64,000 bases of DNA from Nitrosopumilaceae archaeon (GCA_965214835.1 CBDCCK010000002.1:1504001-1568000); one strand, 5' to 3'; positions 20,752-43,652 are shown, counted from the stretch's first letter. Made by a program: numbers and translations. Notes: a model not told the origin generated them from the letters alone.

Positions 20752-21857
20752 TAGCAACGAGCATAAGTCTTTGAGCCAAAACAAGGTCATTCGAAAGGTA
20801 TAATGATCACGTAACTGGCGCAGTATGTATGACAAAAGAAACAGACATTCTGTCAGAGGCCATGCGCAAAGAAAAGGATGTCAAAGTCTACAAGAAGATC
20901 ATGGCGCTGATGTTTGTGCTAGAAGACGACATGGGCGTACCCGAGACTGCAAGAAAGATCCGGTGCAGTGAGAATTCCGTGCGCAACTGGCTGGCGAGGT
21001 TTTCGGAGGGCGGCATAGACGGTCTCCGGGATCTTCCCCGTTCCGGATGCAGACCAAAGGTGGACAGAGAAAGTATTGCAGCCATAATGGATCTGTCCAC
21101 TGCATGCAAAAGTACCGATGTCATGACGGTACGCGATGACATAAGGAATGCCACCGGGATAGAATACAGCATAGAGCATGTCCGAAGACTGATGTGCCAG
21201 CACGGCCTGTCGCGCCGCAAGGTGCAAAACATACATGTCAACCATGCCACCCCAAGCTCGGTATACTCGTGGCAGCGATACCTTGAAAACGTGCGGATTC
21301 CGTGCCTGAAAAACGACGGTTTTACGCTGGTGTCATCTGATGAGGCGTTCTTCGTGCAGGGCGCATACGACAGATACATGTGGGGTCCGGTCGGCACCAG
21401 AAGCGTGGCATCGTATTCGGGGGATCACACAAAGGTGGCCGTGTTTGGAAGCATCGCAGAAGACGGCAGAAGGCTATTCAGGACGTTTACGGGATCGTTT
21501 ACGTCGGTGCAGTTCATAGAATGTCTGGAGGCGCTGCGCATCAAGTTTGGCAAGGTTGCAGTCTTTTGTGATAGGTGGAGTGTGCACAGATCTACTGATG
21601 TCGCAGAATATCTGGCGGGCCATCCCGACGTCAGACTGATAATGATTCCGAAAGGATCGCCGTACCTCAATATCGTGGAAGAATGCTGGAACCTGGGCAA
21701 ACATTTTGTTTTCAGGGGGATAGTGTACAGAAGGATCAGCGAGCTGCGGCACACCATATCCGAATATTATAGGACGGTGTCATTTGCCCACCTTTGCATG
21801 TACAAGTACATTTACAGATCGCCGGTCAAAGCCCTCAATTACTTGTGACCGTTGCTA
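20752..21857 (+). mobile_element. IS630-family element
   Basis: Ends TAGCAACG / CGTTGCTA flanked by TA. Confidence 0.88.
20829..21848 (+). CDS. IS630 transposase
   Basis: N-terminal HTH, SDEAFF, CDRWSVH, PKGSPYLNIVEECW. Confidence 0.9.
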   Translation: MTKETDILSEAMRKEKDVKVYKKIMALMFVLEDDMGVPETARKIRCSENSVRNWLARFSEGGIDGLRDLPRSGCRPKVDRESIAAIMDLSTACKSTDVMTVRDDIRNATGIEYSIEHVRRLMCQHGLSRRKVQNIHVNHATPSSVYSWQRYLENVRIPCLKNDGFTLVSSDEAFFVQGAYDRYMWGPVGTRSVASYSGDHTKVAVFGSIAEDGRRLFRTFTGSFTSVQFIECLEALRIKFGKVAVFCDRWSVHRSTDVAEYLAGHPDVRLIMIPKGSPYLNIVEECWNLGKHFVFRGIVYRRISELRHTISEYYRTVSFAHLCMYKYIYRSPVKALNYL

Positions 21858-22099
21858 TATGACTATGATTTTCACGCCTAGTCAACAGGGGGACGTGGCC
21901 ACATACAAGTATATGATTCTATGTTTGCGGCCCAACTCATAGGAAAACGTTCTCATTCCGGATTTGTATGTGCCAAGGGCAGACGGACTATCAGATGTTG
22001 CAAGGACGGTAATTGCATCATCTACACTCTGTCTTATTTTACTGTCCAGTTTTTTGTACTGCCTGATGAATCTTTCAGACCAGATTAACTCCCACATTC

Positions 22100-22237
22100 C
22101 TATACTCTGTGCAGTTCATCAAGCAGCTCTTGAAGGGTTCCTTTTTTGTGTCCTTCGGGATGGGCGTAAAACTCTTTGATGTCCCGTATCTCCTCGTCAG
22201 ACAATGGCGGGGATTCTAGCTGCTTTGTTCCAGACAT
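22100..22237 (-). CDS. Small putative antitoxin (45 aa)
   Basis: MSGTKQLESPPLSDEEIRDIKEFY...LQELLDELHRV ends 2 nt before the toxin ATG; TATA-like box upstream. Confidence 0.65.
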   Translation of the reverse strand: MSGTKQLESPPLSDEEIRDIKEFYAHPEGHKKGTLQELLDELHRV

Positions 22238-22334
22238 GCTTGTTGTTCCACTGGCATATAAAAAAAAGATTGTGCGTAGTGGTTCTGTGTAATCTTGGAC
22301 ACCTGAAATGTGGATCTTCTCCTGATTGAAAATT

Positions 22335-22903
22335 TTAGCCTAGACAGAGTCCTTGCTTAGGCCGGCGTTCTGGATTATCATCTTCCTCTTGTTTGTACCG
22401 TCCACGCTTATCAGGTTCGATTCTGCCGGGAACCGGATCTGCCAGGTCGCGCCCGCTGCACGTGCCGCACCTGTCAGGCACGTGGCTCATTTCCCGGGTC
22501 GGGCGCCTCTTGTGTGATACGCCCTTGTGTCCGGGTTTTTGGCCCGGCCTTGCCGGTGCCCTGCCCGGTTCCCTTGCCGCAGTCGCCTTTTTCTGCCTGG
22601 TCGGTATCGAGTTCTCCGATGACGGGCTGTGCGGGTTCTCATAAAATTCGATGCGGTGTTTGAGCTGCTTGATTTGTGACGCCTGCATCTAGATTAGTGC
22701 GGCATCATCGGCCTGCCTTATGGCAGATGCCATCCTCTCCATATCAAGCTCCTCCTGCGTCTTCTGAAGCTCCGCCCTAGCGCAGGCCATCTCTTTGCTT
22801 AATGCATTGAATTCCGAGGCTGTAGGCATGTATTTTCTTGGTATTGATAGTTTATAGATCAGACGGTCACGAAAAATTAACTAGGCAGGGGCTATCCTAT
22901 TAC
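22335..22903 (-). mobile_element. IS66 left-end remnant
   Basis: TIR GTAATAGGATAGCCCCTGCCTAG (22903-22881); MPTASEF...* ...FYENPHSPSS...PGHKG...CGTC, then truncated. Confidence 0.85.
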
Positions 22904-23208
22904 GCTATTTTTAATAACCGCACCCGACTTGTCACTATAATGAATGTACTATGTGCTGTCATGCGGCAGGCAGTTCCTGTCAAATCCCTCGTGATTGGTG
23001 GTGGTGGGGTGGATCTAGCTGATTTAACCATGTCTGCACTATTTTTCTGTCAAAGACATGGTGATTGTAGGGTGGGGAGGAGGATCAGTCTTGGCCCCTA
23101 CGTCGCGGTGGCAGGATGGCCTCACCGGGACGGTCGTGACGCACTAGTACATGATCCGGACTCTGGCGGCATGGGGGCATGCACGCAGGAGGGCCATACT
23201 AGCACGGC

Positions 23209-35784
<12,576 letters not shown>

Positions 35785-35835
35785 AGCCGTCTCTGGCGCG
35801 GCTCAGCAACGAAGCCTTCCCAGATCTGGATCATT

Positions 35836-35914
35836 AGACCTCATGCGTAATCGGTTCAAACCAAAAAAAACCAGGCAGCTTTTACGTCATTTTTGGCAAT
35901 TACGCATAAGGTCT
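35836..35914. mobile_element. 79 bp MITE, same family as 13409-13488
   Basis: TIRs AGACCTCATGCGTAAT / ATTACGCATAAGGTCT. Confidence 0.8.
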
Positions 35915-36264
35915 AGTATGTGCGCCCAGCACCCCTGTATGTACTCGTATCTGCTGTGGTATTGCGCGTATCCATTGCAGGCCAGCGGCACCGAAAAGAA
36001 CCGATAGGACTCGTCGAGTATCGCTCACCCGCGCGTTGGTGCCACTTCGAGGGATCCTCACTAACAACTGTAGCCCACACGTGCGAGGATCTGCTGCCCG
36101 TCACCGGAAACGGCATTCTCGTCTATGTTCAGGCGCTTTGATCCGTCCAGATCCAACATGATCTGCTCGGAGCTCGACCCATGGGCCTTGAGGCCACCAT
36201 GATCGCGTTGCAGACGGCCGTCTTGCACAGGCAGCGCCAAGCAAGTTGAACCCCATTGACCACT

Positions 36265-36415
36265 GCAGGTCTGCGATGATCTTGTTCTTGTTGGACTTGG
36301 CTGTGGGGCGAGCCAGTTCATCGCGCAGTATCCCGGTCTCTGAATTAGCCAGTAAATACAGGTGCTGTAAGAACATGTGGATCCGGATGGTGATCAAAAA
36401 TTGGCCTTGTGCTCG
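36265..36415 (-). pseudogene. Eroded IS66 transposase N-terminal remnant
   Basis: STRPIFDHHPDP...ILRDELAR resembles the N-terminus of the 4984-6588 protein. Confidence 0.6.
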
Positions 36416-36425
36416 GCCTAATCGA

Positions 36426-36830
36426 TTACCTGACATCATCAGGGTTAGTCGACCAAGGATCTATAGAATATGTTTCAGTTTGTCCATCAATTTTTAATTT
36501 CCACAAATTGATTAAATCTCTGCCTAAGAGAACATAGTTTTTTGGCATTGCAACCACCTCAAAACGATCAAACTTTATTTCTCCAATTTGTATGGCTACG
36601 AAATAATTGAAATGCTTTGATTTCATCCCGCTTACAGATTTCACAATCGTCTCTCCAGTCTTTTTCAGTTTCAGTGTGGTGACTAGGTAATCCGGTATTA
36701 CAGTATGGCTTGCACCTGTGTCGATTTTTCCTTTTTCTGGAAAAGACCTACCGTATTTATTCCATACAACTAGATCTAGGATCAGAGAGCTGGGGTTGTC
36801 ATTCCTGTCATGCCTAAATTGTAGTGTCAA
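36426..36830 (-). CDS. Retropepsin-like (clan AA) aspartic protease
   Basis: KIDTGASHTVIP and C-terminal VLLGRDLI. Confidence 0.85.
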   Translation of the reverse strand: MTLQFRHDRNDNPSSLILDLVVWNKYGRSFPEKGKIDTGASHTVIPDYLVTTLKLKKTGETIVKSVSGMKSKHFNYFVAIQIGEIKFDRFEVVAMPKNYVLLGRDLINLWKLKIDGQTETYSIDPWSTNPDDVR

Positions 36831-37276
36831 TTGAATTCGGGAGTGTCTATTAGAATAACCTGCTTGTGGTCCGTAACCCTGTCTACGTACATGTCTACAT
36901 TGCCAAACTTATCATACATTTCGTCAATTAACGCGTTTCTCTTGTCTCCGATGGCTTGAAATTTCCCATTAACAAATGCGGCAAATTTATTTTTGTACTC
37001 GGGATTATCCAAATGGGATCTGAGAAAGCGTTCAAACGCATTTTTATTTTCTACATTTTCATTGTCTGATGGCCCGCCTGGAACTGCAAAAATATCCGTT
37101 TGTGGTTCTAACGATTCTTTGTGGCACCCATAATTACAGAAAGGCAACTCCTCTTCAAGCCAAATTTTTAGATCATGCGGGCGAATATCATGCTTGTCTA
37201 AATCCCACCGTATGACATCGTGGTCTTTTCTTTTACTAGATTCATCATCCAATCCGTTCCAAATTCGTTTAATCAA
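36827..37276 (-). CDS. Hypothetical protein with DUF5678-like C-terminal domain
   Basis: YKNKFAAFVNGKFQAIGDKRNALI...MYVDRV fits the Y.GK.VA..NG.......L pattern. Confidence 0.6.
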   Translation of the reverse strand: MIKRIWNGLDDESSKRKDHDVIRWDLDKHDIRPHDLKIWLEEELPFCNYGCHKESLEPQTDIFAVPGGPSDNENVENKNAFERFLRSHLDNPEYKNKFAAFVNGKFQAIGDKRNALIDEMYDKFGNVDMYVDRVTDHKQVILIDTPEFN

Positions 37277-37880
37277 TTATGTCATCACCAAACTTGTCTC
37301 GAAGATCCTGCATTTCAATTTTTAATGAGTTGGCTCCACTACTTAGTTTCTCGATGAATTTTTCTACCTCTTTTAACTCAAGCTGAAAGCTATATGTTTC
37401 ATCAATATTTGAGTAGTGAGTATGCACGCTTACAATCAAAGAGGGGATGACTTTTGTAATCCCGTTGTCTCCAGAGATGGGCCGGAACTCGGTTACAGTA
37501 TCGATCCCGTGAATGTGCGGGTGCCCAAATGACTTCAAAAATCTCGAGGTAACACTGGTAGATACTTTATCTAAATCAGTTTTATTGTGAATTTTTTTCA
37601 CAATCCCCCTTAACATGCTCTTTTTATCATTATCTAATTTTGACGTGTCGATGATTTTAAAAATTTGTTCCGGATTACGTTTTCCTATAGTGAAATTATA
37701 AAATGCATTTGCTAATCTCGGAATGTCATCTATCACAAAACCATTTCCTAAAATCTTTTCTAATTTAGACAGGTTTGGTTCCTTGTATGATATTTCGTCA
37801 CTAAAAAAATCACCAAGCTCAATAATTTTCTCGTTGGAAATTCTGTCAAAAACATCTAATTCAGATTGGGGATTAGACAC
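37269..37880 (-). CDS. Hypothetical protein, possibly COMM-domain-like
   Basis: 203 aa; helical N-terminus, then TEFRPI...IVSVH...YSFQLELKEVEKFIEKL. The ORF is solid; the fold is inferred. Confidence 0.6.
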   Translation of the reverse strand: MSNPQSELDVFDRISNEKIIELGDFFSDEISYKEPNLSKLEKILGNGFVIDDIPRLANAFYNFTIGKRNPEQIFKIIDTSKLDNDKKSMLRGIVKKIHNKTDLDKVSTSVTSRFLKSFGHPHIHGIDTVTEFRPISGDNGITKVIPSLIVSVHTHYSNIDETYSFQLELKEVEKFIEKLSSGANSLKIEMQDLRDKFGDDIID

Positions 37881-38450
37881 ACTTGTAAAAGACGATTAAT
37901 CCTTTAATACTTTGCCTATTCTTCCAGGTGAGTCTACTCCCCGGGCGACACTGCTGGCCGGAGCCTTCATGATCACGCCTACCACGTCGTGTCTTGGGGA
38001 ATGGGCAAGCTCTTACTCTTTCAGTTCTCCCAGAAGTTCCCCATAAAACGGTCAAGTTCGAAACAACTCAAGTCAAGTGCCTGCAGATCCTTATGTCACA
38101 ATCTGCACCGCCACGAATCGGGTTGCATCCGTGAAGATTGTGCAATCCAAAACAATTTCAAGCCGACGCATCCACATACAGAGCGAGCATCCTGATGAGA
38201 CCAGAATTTGAGGGGGGATTTCATCGTCTGGGAGCCGTGAAAAACGCATAAAGGTCTGTTGTTTCTACCCCTGCTGTAGGACATAACCCGGGGCGCCGTG
38301 TTTTCCGCCCGGCTTTTGCATTTGGTTTTTTGGCGCATTTGGGCAGCTGAGAATGGATGGGATCTTGGTAGGAAGTATGAGGCACGGCTACATGCGGGGC
38401 ACAGATGGCACGCGCTAATTCAACAAGGGCACCTCACATCAATCTCTGGA

Positions 38451-38672
38451 TTACAGCTTCAAAAACGACTTTGAGGCCAGCCTTACGTCTTCTGCCTTGA
38501 CGGTCTTTCTGCCTGCATGAATCGACATCTCCACCGCATTCTTTGCTATACCTGAGGCGGCATCCTCGATTACCCTTCTCAGCTCGTCTGCGGACTCGTC
38601 GCTCACCCTGCTTGCGCCTGCCTTTTTGAGAATCCTGTACATCGCAGACAGTCCGAGCTCAGATGACTTCAT
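38451..38672 (-). CDS. Archaeal histone
   Basis: RILKKAGASRVSDES...HAGRKTVKAEDV. Confidence 0.95.
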   Translation of the reverse strand: MKSSELGLSAMYRILKKAGASRVSDESADELRRVIEDAASGIAKNAVEMSIHAGRKTVKAEDVRLASKSFLKL

Positions 38673-38776
38673 TGCCTGATACCTTCCATTTTGGGGATAA
38701 AACGTACTGAGTGAAAAAATACCACAAAGGAATCGATTAATACAGACTATTTTAGGGGGCGATCCCAAGCCGTATC

Positions 38777-39544
38777 ATGGCTTGGCAGTTTGACGCCCAC
38801 ATCCACCTGTCTGATCCCGCATATGCGCAGGACATGGCCTTTACCCTGGCGGGCATGGCAAAGATGCAAATCAAGGCCTGCTGCGTCTCTGTGGACAATG
38901 AAACCTCCATGCAGACGTTGAGCCTTGCCAAAAAAAGCGACCTGGTGCTGCCGTTTATAGGCATCCACCCAGAGATGGCCGGCGATGATCTGGACTCTAT
39001 GGCATCGAAAATACACCGGCACCATGACGCCCTTTCGGGAATCGGAGAGATTGGACTGGATCCATCATACGCGGACTCGGAGCCCGGCTCAAGGCGACAG
39101 ATGCTGGTCTTTGAGACGCTGCTTTCTCTGGCCGAAAAATACGACAAGCCCGTATCGATTCACTCCAGAAGGTCGCTGGATGAGATTTACAGGATTCTTC
39201 CGTCATACTCTGTTCGGGGAAAGCTGCTTCACTGGTTTGATGGTAGCAAAAGGCAGCTGCGGCAGGCAATGGATCTTGGCTGCTATGTCTCCTTTGGACC
39301 GGTGATGGTGTATGCAGGCGACAAGCAAGCCCTGCTGAAAAAGGCAGACCCTGAAAGGATCCTGGTTGAGACCGACGGTCCGGTCCCCTTTTCAAGGTGC
39401 TTTGAGCGCAAGCCTGCACAGATCAGCTTTATCCCAAGCGTGGTATTTTGCGCATCAAAGGTACTTGGGATGTCATATGAGCAGGCCTCCTCCGTGCTGA
39501 GTGAGAACTCGGCCCGCTATCTTGGCATGTGTGGGCCAGGTTGA
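38777..39544 (+). CDS. tatD: TatD-family hydrolase
   Basis: DAHIHL, IGIHP, IGEIGLD, SIHSR, LHWF, ILVETDGP. Confidence 0.92.
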   Translation: MAWQFDAHIHLSDPAYAQDMAFTLAGMAKMQIKACCVSVDNETSMQTLSLAKKSDLVLPFIGIHPEMAGDDLDSMASKIHRHHDALSGIGEIGLDPSYADSEPGSRRQMLVFETLLSLAEKYDKPVSIHSRRSLDEIYRILPSYSVRGKLLHWFDGSKRQLRQAMDLGCYVSFGPVMVYAGDKQALLKKADPERILVETDGPVPFSRCFERKPAQISFIPSVVFCASKVLGMSYEQASSVLSENSARYLGMCGPG

Positions 39545-39709
39545 AGGCCCGGGCCTATGGGCGCCATGGCCATCACCCGGAGAAGACAGTCGGGCAGGAA
39601 GCAGGAGAACCTGCCGGTGCCCGAGCGGCTCATCGACTTTTCTGCCAACATGCCCGGAACAGATTCAGACTATAGCAACGAGCAGAAGTCTTTGAGTCAA
39701 AACAGGATC

Positions 39710-39750
39710 GTACGAGGTCATGAAACTGGTTTAGGAACGTGACCTCGTAC
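39710..39750. mobile_element. Minimal IS66-type TIR pair (41 bp)
   Basis: GTACGAGGTCA / TGACCTCGTAC. Confidence 0.6.
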
Positions 39751-39881
39751 AGGTTTGCGCGCGTCCAGATCCGCGTCGGCGGCTGCGACGTCAAGGCGTA
39801 CGGGTATCACGCAGTCGTCGGGGGAAGGAGCATGGACGAGATACTGGCGGCAGTCTCCAAGCTGAAAAGGTACGTAAGGAA

Positions 39882-40280
39882 ATGAACCTCTCCTCCGAAT
39901 ACCTGGCAATCTTCCTTGCGGCCGGCGTCATCGTCCCCGTCGTGCTGGCGGCGGCATTCAGCTCCGGGCAGTTTGACATTGACCGGCTTGACCTGCAGGT
40001 GAGCGCCGAGGCCAGGCGCCTGTCCCTGTCAGGCGACGTGCTCCTGAGCTATTCGCTGCACAACATCGGCAACGTGGACATAACCGGCCTGTCTGTCAGC
40101 ACCCCGTCTGACCTGGCAGTGGATCAGCCGGATTCCAGCCTACCAGCAGGAAAATCGTCCGGACTGATATCGGGAATAGTGGACGGCGCCGAAGGGGCCA
40201 CGCACGTGACCCTCATAGTGGATGCGTCGGGGACCGACGGCAGCACCATAGTCAGGACCAAGGTAGTCGAGATACGGTGA
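39882..40280 (+). CDS. Membrane-anchored protein, possibly archaeal pilin-like
   Basis: N-terminal hydrophobic helix after SSE; LHNIGNVDI beta-rich domain. Confidence 0.55.
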   Translation: MNLSSEYLAIFLAAGVIVPVVLAAAFSSGQFDIDRLDLQVSAEARRLSLSGDVLLSYSLHNIGNVDITGLSVSTPSDLAVDQPDSSLPAGKSSGLISGIVDGAEGATHVTLIVDASGTDGSTIVRTKVVEIR

Positions 40281-40436
40281 GCCCGTCCCCGCCTGCATGC
40301 CGGACAAGAAAATCAGGATTCCGGCCGCAGATCGGATCGAAGATCGCCCACCCCTCTCCCGACCGTGGGGTACGTTCCCAGCACCGGCGCGCAAGAAACG
40401 ACAAACCCTTAATTATTCAAGGGTGGAAGGCAGAAC

Positions 40437-40646
40437 ATGAAGACGGTTCAGGTCTACAACGTCAAAGTCACAGAACATTCTGAGGGGTTTACTGGGCAGT
40501 GTCTGGAACTTCCGGGGGCAATTAGCGAAGGAAAGACCCTAGGTGAACTACAGGCCAACATGAAGGAAGCCGTAGATCTGGTTTTAGAAGAGATTGAAAG
40601 ATCCTCCAAATCAGGAACGATTACCATCGAAATAGTTCGAGACTAG
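40437..40646 (+). CDS. HicB-family antitoxin
   Basis: CLELPGAISEGKTLGELQANMKEAV. Confidence 0.9.
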   Translation: MKTVQVYNVKVTEHSEGFTGQCLELPGAISEGKTLGELQANMKEAVDLVLEEIERSSKSGTITIEIVRD

Positions 40647-40649
40647 GCA

Positions 40650-40925
40650 ATGAGTCTGTACAACCATGATTGGCGCAAGGTCATAAGAGCTCTGGGCAGG
40701 TTCGGCTTTGTGGTGACAAGGCAGAGAGGGAGTCACCTGATTTTGAAAAAAGACGGAAAAATAATCTCCGTTCCAAGACACTCTCCAATCGCAATGCCAA
40801 CACTGCGCAGCATTCTTGCCCAAGCTGGAATCCCAGAAGATGACTTTGTAAGTATGAGGTCACCTACCCCTCACAATAGGGTAAACATTACTGACGGTGC
40901 TGATCCTTATACTATGATCGCGTAG
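40650..40925 (+). CDS. HicA-family toxin with its last codons displaced by IS66
   Basis: GFVVTRQRGSHLILK, VPRH. The native ending FVRLL* is at 42487-42505. Confidence 0.88.
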   Translation: MSLYNHDWRKVIRALGRFGFVVTRQRGSHLILKKDGKIISVPRHSPIAMPTLRSILAQAGIPEDDFVSMRSPTPHNRVNITDGADPYTMIA

Positions 40926-42486
40926 ACTAGGCATTGTGAAAGGTCAGCTCTCCGCATGCTACGAGATCAAGGCATCTACAGCATCGCCCACGGAGACGAT
41001 AAAGAATCTAAAAAAGGACCTCAAGGAGCGTGACAATATCATTGAGGAGCAGGGCAGGACCATTGAAAGGCTAAACAAGACACTTGAAAAGCGCGACAAG
41101 ACCATCAGGGAGCAGGACAACCGGCTCCGGTACTACGAGAACGAGAACTCGCCCCCGTCGGCAGACTCGCTGGAGTGGAAGAGGCAAAAGGCGCAGAGGA
41201 GAAAGGAGAGGGCCCGGCCCGATGCTGCAGCCGGGGATGACGGCACCGGGGAGGACAGAAAAAAGCCCGGCGGCCAGAAGGGCCACAAGGGCGTATCGCG
41301 CACCCACCGGCCCACTAGGGTACAGAAACACTGCTTTCCGGGTGGACGGGCGCCGGAGTGCAAGTGCGGCACCACCACAGAGATCATGAAAAAGCCGCAG
41401 GTGCGCGACATGATAGGATTCAAGATAAAGTACACCGAGACGCGCCACGAGACACAGAGGGCAGTGTGCCCGAAATGCGGCACCATGCATACTGCCCCCG
41501 ACGGCCTGCCCCGACGCGGCAGCTATGACACGAGCGTGGTCACAGCCGTCACAAAGCTGCGCAGCGAGGGCGTCCCACACAACAGGATCCCGGGTATAAT
41601 GTCAGATATCCTGGGCGTGCACATGTCAAAGTCAACTGCAATCAACAGCATAGGACGCGTCTGCGACGCCGCAAAGGCGCCTGCCGAGGCCATCGCAGAG
41701 GAGGTAAGAAGCTCAAAGACCGTCTGCATAGACGAGACGGGGATCAACCTGGCAGGCAGGCTGGGATGGGCGTGGGCCATGCTGTCGGCGGTGGGCGTGT
41801 TCATGATATATGCAGACACCAGGAGCGCCCGGATCCTGGACCAGTACATGGGCGGGTACGGGGGCGTCGTCACATCGGACGGATATCCCGCATACAAGAG
41901 GTTCGGGCTGCTGGGAAGGCTCCAGCGGTGCTGGGCGCACGAGCTGCGGTTCCTCCTGTATGGCTCGCAGAAAAAGGGCGCCCTGCTGTTTGCAGGAGTC
42001 CTGTACCGGCAGATGCAGCAGCTGTTCAAGGATGCCAGGGAGTGTCTTGAGGGCTGGGACAAGCTGTCCGGGGAGGATCTCCGGGAGCTCGAGGAGAGGA
42101 CGGGGATAAGCAGTGCCGACGGACTGATGGGGCGGCACTCGCCGGAGCTGCGCCGGCGGTTTGAGACCAACATGCAGAACATGCTGTTCGGATACGTTGA
42201 TGCATGGGGCGGCCCGCTGGAGCCCCTTCTCAAGAGGATGCACAGGGCCCTGCCGTGCATGTTTGCGTTTCTGGAATACGAGGGTGTCGAGCCGACCAAC
42301 AATGGTGCAGAGCGGGCGCTGCGCCCCGTCGTACTTCAATTCAAGATAAGCGGCCAGATCAAGGGCGGCCTGGTCTGGACGGAGAGGCATGGATGGCTCA
42401 ATACATGCGTGTCGACATGGAAGCTGCAGGGCAAGTCCATCATGGATGAGGTGGCCAAAATAATCTAGGGGTAGGTGACCACATAC
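40852..42486 (+). mobile_element. IS66-family element
   Basis: TIRs GTATGAGGTCACCTACCCCT / AGGGGTAGGTGACCACATAC; 8 bp duplication CTTTGTAA. Confidence 0.95.
40936..42468 (+). CDS. IS66 transposase
   Basis: ENENSPPS, PGGQKGHKG, CIDETG, SDGY, QRCWAH, EPTNNGAERALR. Confidence 0.92.
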   Translation: MKGQLSACYEIKASTASPTETIKNLKKDLKERDNIIEEQGRTIERLNKTLEKRDKTIREQDNRLRYYENENSPPSADSLEWKRQKAQRRKERARPDAAAGDDGTGEDRKKPGGQKGHKGVSRTHRPTRVQKHCFPGGRAPECKCGTTTEIMKKPQVRDMIGFKIKYTETRHETQRAVCPKCGTMHTAPDGLPRRGSYDTSVVTAVTKLRSEGVPHNRIPGIMSDILGVHMSKSTAINSIGRVCDAAKAPAEAIAEEVRSSKTVCIDETGINLAGRLGWAWAMLSAVGVFMIYADTRSARILDQYMGGYGGVVTSDGYPAYKRFGLLGRLQRCWAHELRFLLYGSQKKGALLFAGVLYRQMQQLFKDARECLEGWDKLSGEDLRELEERTGISSADGLMGRHSPELRRRFETNMQNMLFGYVDAWGGPLEPLLKRMHRALPCMFAFLEYEGVEPTNNGAERALRPVVLQFKISGQIKGGLVWTERHGWLNTCVSTWKLQGKSIMDEVAKII

Positions 42487-43170
42487 CTTTGTAAGACTCT
42501 TGTAATCTTTTTCTGTGACCGAACCATCTTTTCTGCCGCCATCACGCCGTACTTGAAATCCCAGCCAAGTGAAACGTGCCAAAAATCGGGCAAAACCGAG
42601 GCCGGACGGGAGGGCACGGCGTCCCGGCAACAAGACAAAAGCGGCAACCCGTCACGTCTTATCTGACAGGATGCCATCGCGTTTTTTTCGATGTCTTACC
42701 CTGCCGTGCGACTGTACGAGGAATTTCAGGATGCTCTGATCATTGGCGTATATGTACCGAACTGTTTTTTCAAGACTGGATTCGGTTCTTTGCGCCATGG
42801 CCGTATGCGGTACTGGCGCCACTGCCGGTTATAACTTGTTCGGGGGAAGGTCCTGTCAACTCATGGCGCAACCGTTCCCGGCGTTGACCGCCGGGTGATG
42901 CAGGAGGGTGTGGCGGCTGTCCAGCTTTTGAATCCTCCGTTTCTGCGTTTATTAACAAAACCCTGTTTGGGATGGCACGTCAGATGGAGATATCCACGGC
43001 GACGCCAGGCCTGCCACGTCAAGGCTGTGGTGGGTCGCGCACGTGTTCTTCTGGGTGATATCGGGGCTGGTATGCTATCTTGTGTGGAAGGAACGCAACA
43101 ATGATGCCGTAAAAAAACACCTCATCCACTTGCTATGGATTCCGATTGTCATTTACGGAGTCTTGATGGT

Positions 43171-43288
43171 GTAACAGGTTAGCCCCTGCCTAGGTAGCAA
43201 TCAGGCGCGAATCTGCCTGCAGTTGTGATTTTCATGCCTGTCCGGCAAGGGACGCAACTCCAACTCTAGGCAGGGGCTAACCTGTTAC
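43171..43288. mobile_element. IS66-derived MITE (118 bp)
   Basis: Perfect 23 bp TIR GTAACAGGTTAGCCCCTGCCTAG. Confidence 0.88.
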
Positions 43289-43567
43289 TATTTGATGCGT
43301 TGCTCGAGCTGCCTGTTTTCTGCCGTCAGCGCCGCGATTTGTGCGGCAGAGGCGGCCCTGTCGGATTCGCATCCTGCCTTCTCGGCGGCAAGATCCTCCT
43401 GCGTCTTCTGAAGCTTGCCTTGCGTCTTCTGATGCTCCGCTTTTTCGCGGGCAAGCTCCCTGTATAGTGCCTTGAATTCCGAGGTTGTATGCATGTATTT
43501 TCTTGGTATTGATAGTTTATAGATCAGACGGTTGCAAAAAATTAACTAGGCAGGGGCTATCCTATTA
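43289..43567 (-). mobile_element. IS66 left-end remnant, paralog of about 22700-22903, with its TIR split by IS110
   Basis: MHTTSEFKALYRELA... and TIR body CTAGGCAGGGGCTATCCTATTA. Confidence 0.85.
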
Positions 43568-43652
43568 TCTATGTGTCGTGTTTATAAGGATTCCACGCGC
43601 AACTGGGTTGTGAGGCATGGCCTTGGCTGGGGGTCTTTCCTGACAATCACAA

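Larger units (their letters stand above)
20706..21906. mobile_element. IS66-derived MITE carrying a nested IS630
   Basis: Ends GTATGGGGTCACCTACCCCT / GTGGCCACATAC; 8 bp duplication AAGTATAT at 20698-20705 and 21907-21914. Confidence 0.88.
20625..22097 (-). pseudogene. RelE/ParE-family toxin (87 aa) interrupted by a MITE with nested IS630
   Basis: Joining across the AAGTATAT duplication gives MWELIWSERFIRQYKKL...HRIIYFIQYQAGAIELLRVCDHKSAYGKD*. Confidence 0.82.

Noticed and set aside
22997-23012. G-tract (G4 versus G7 near 45090) as an on/off switch for the giant genes
   Set aside because: The copies differ by exactly 3 nt, and in copy 1 both alternative frames hit stops within a few codons, so slippage there cannot reach the giant ORF.
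42510-43170. Short ORFs between IS66 and the MITE; similar ones at 37890-38440 and 10500-10830
   Set aside because: Only faint transposase-like traces; no call can be supported.
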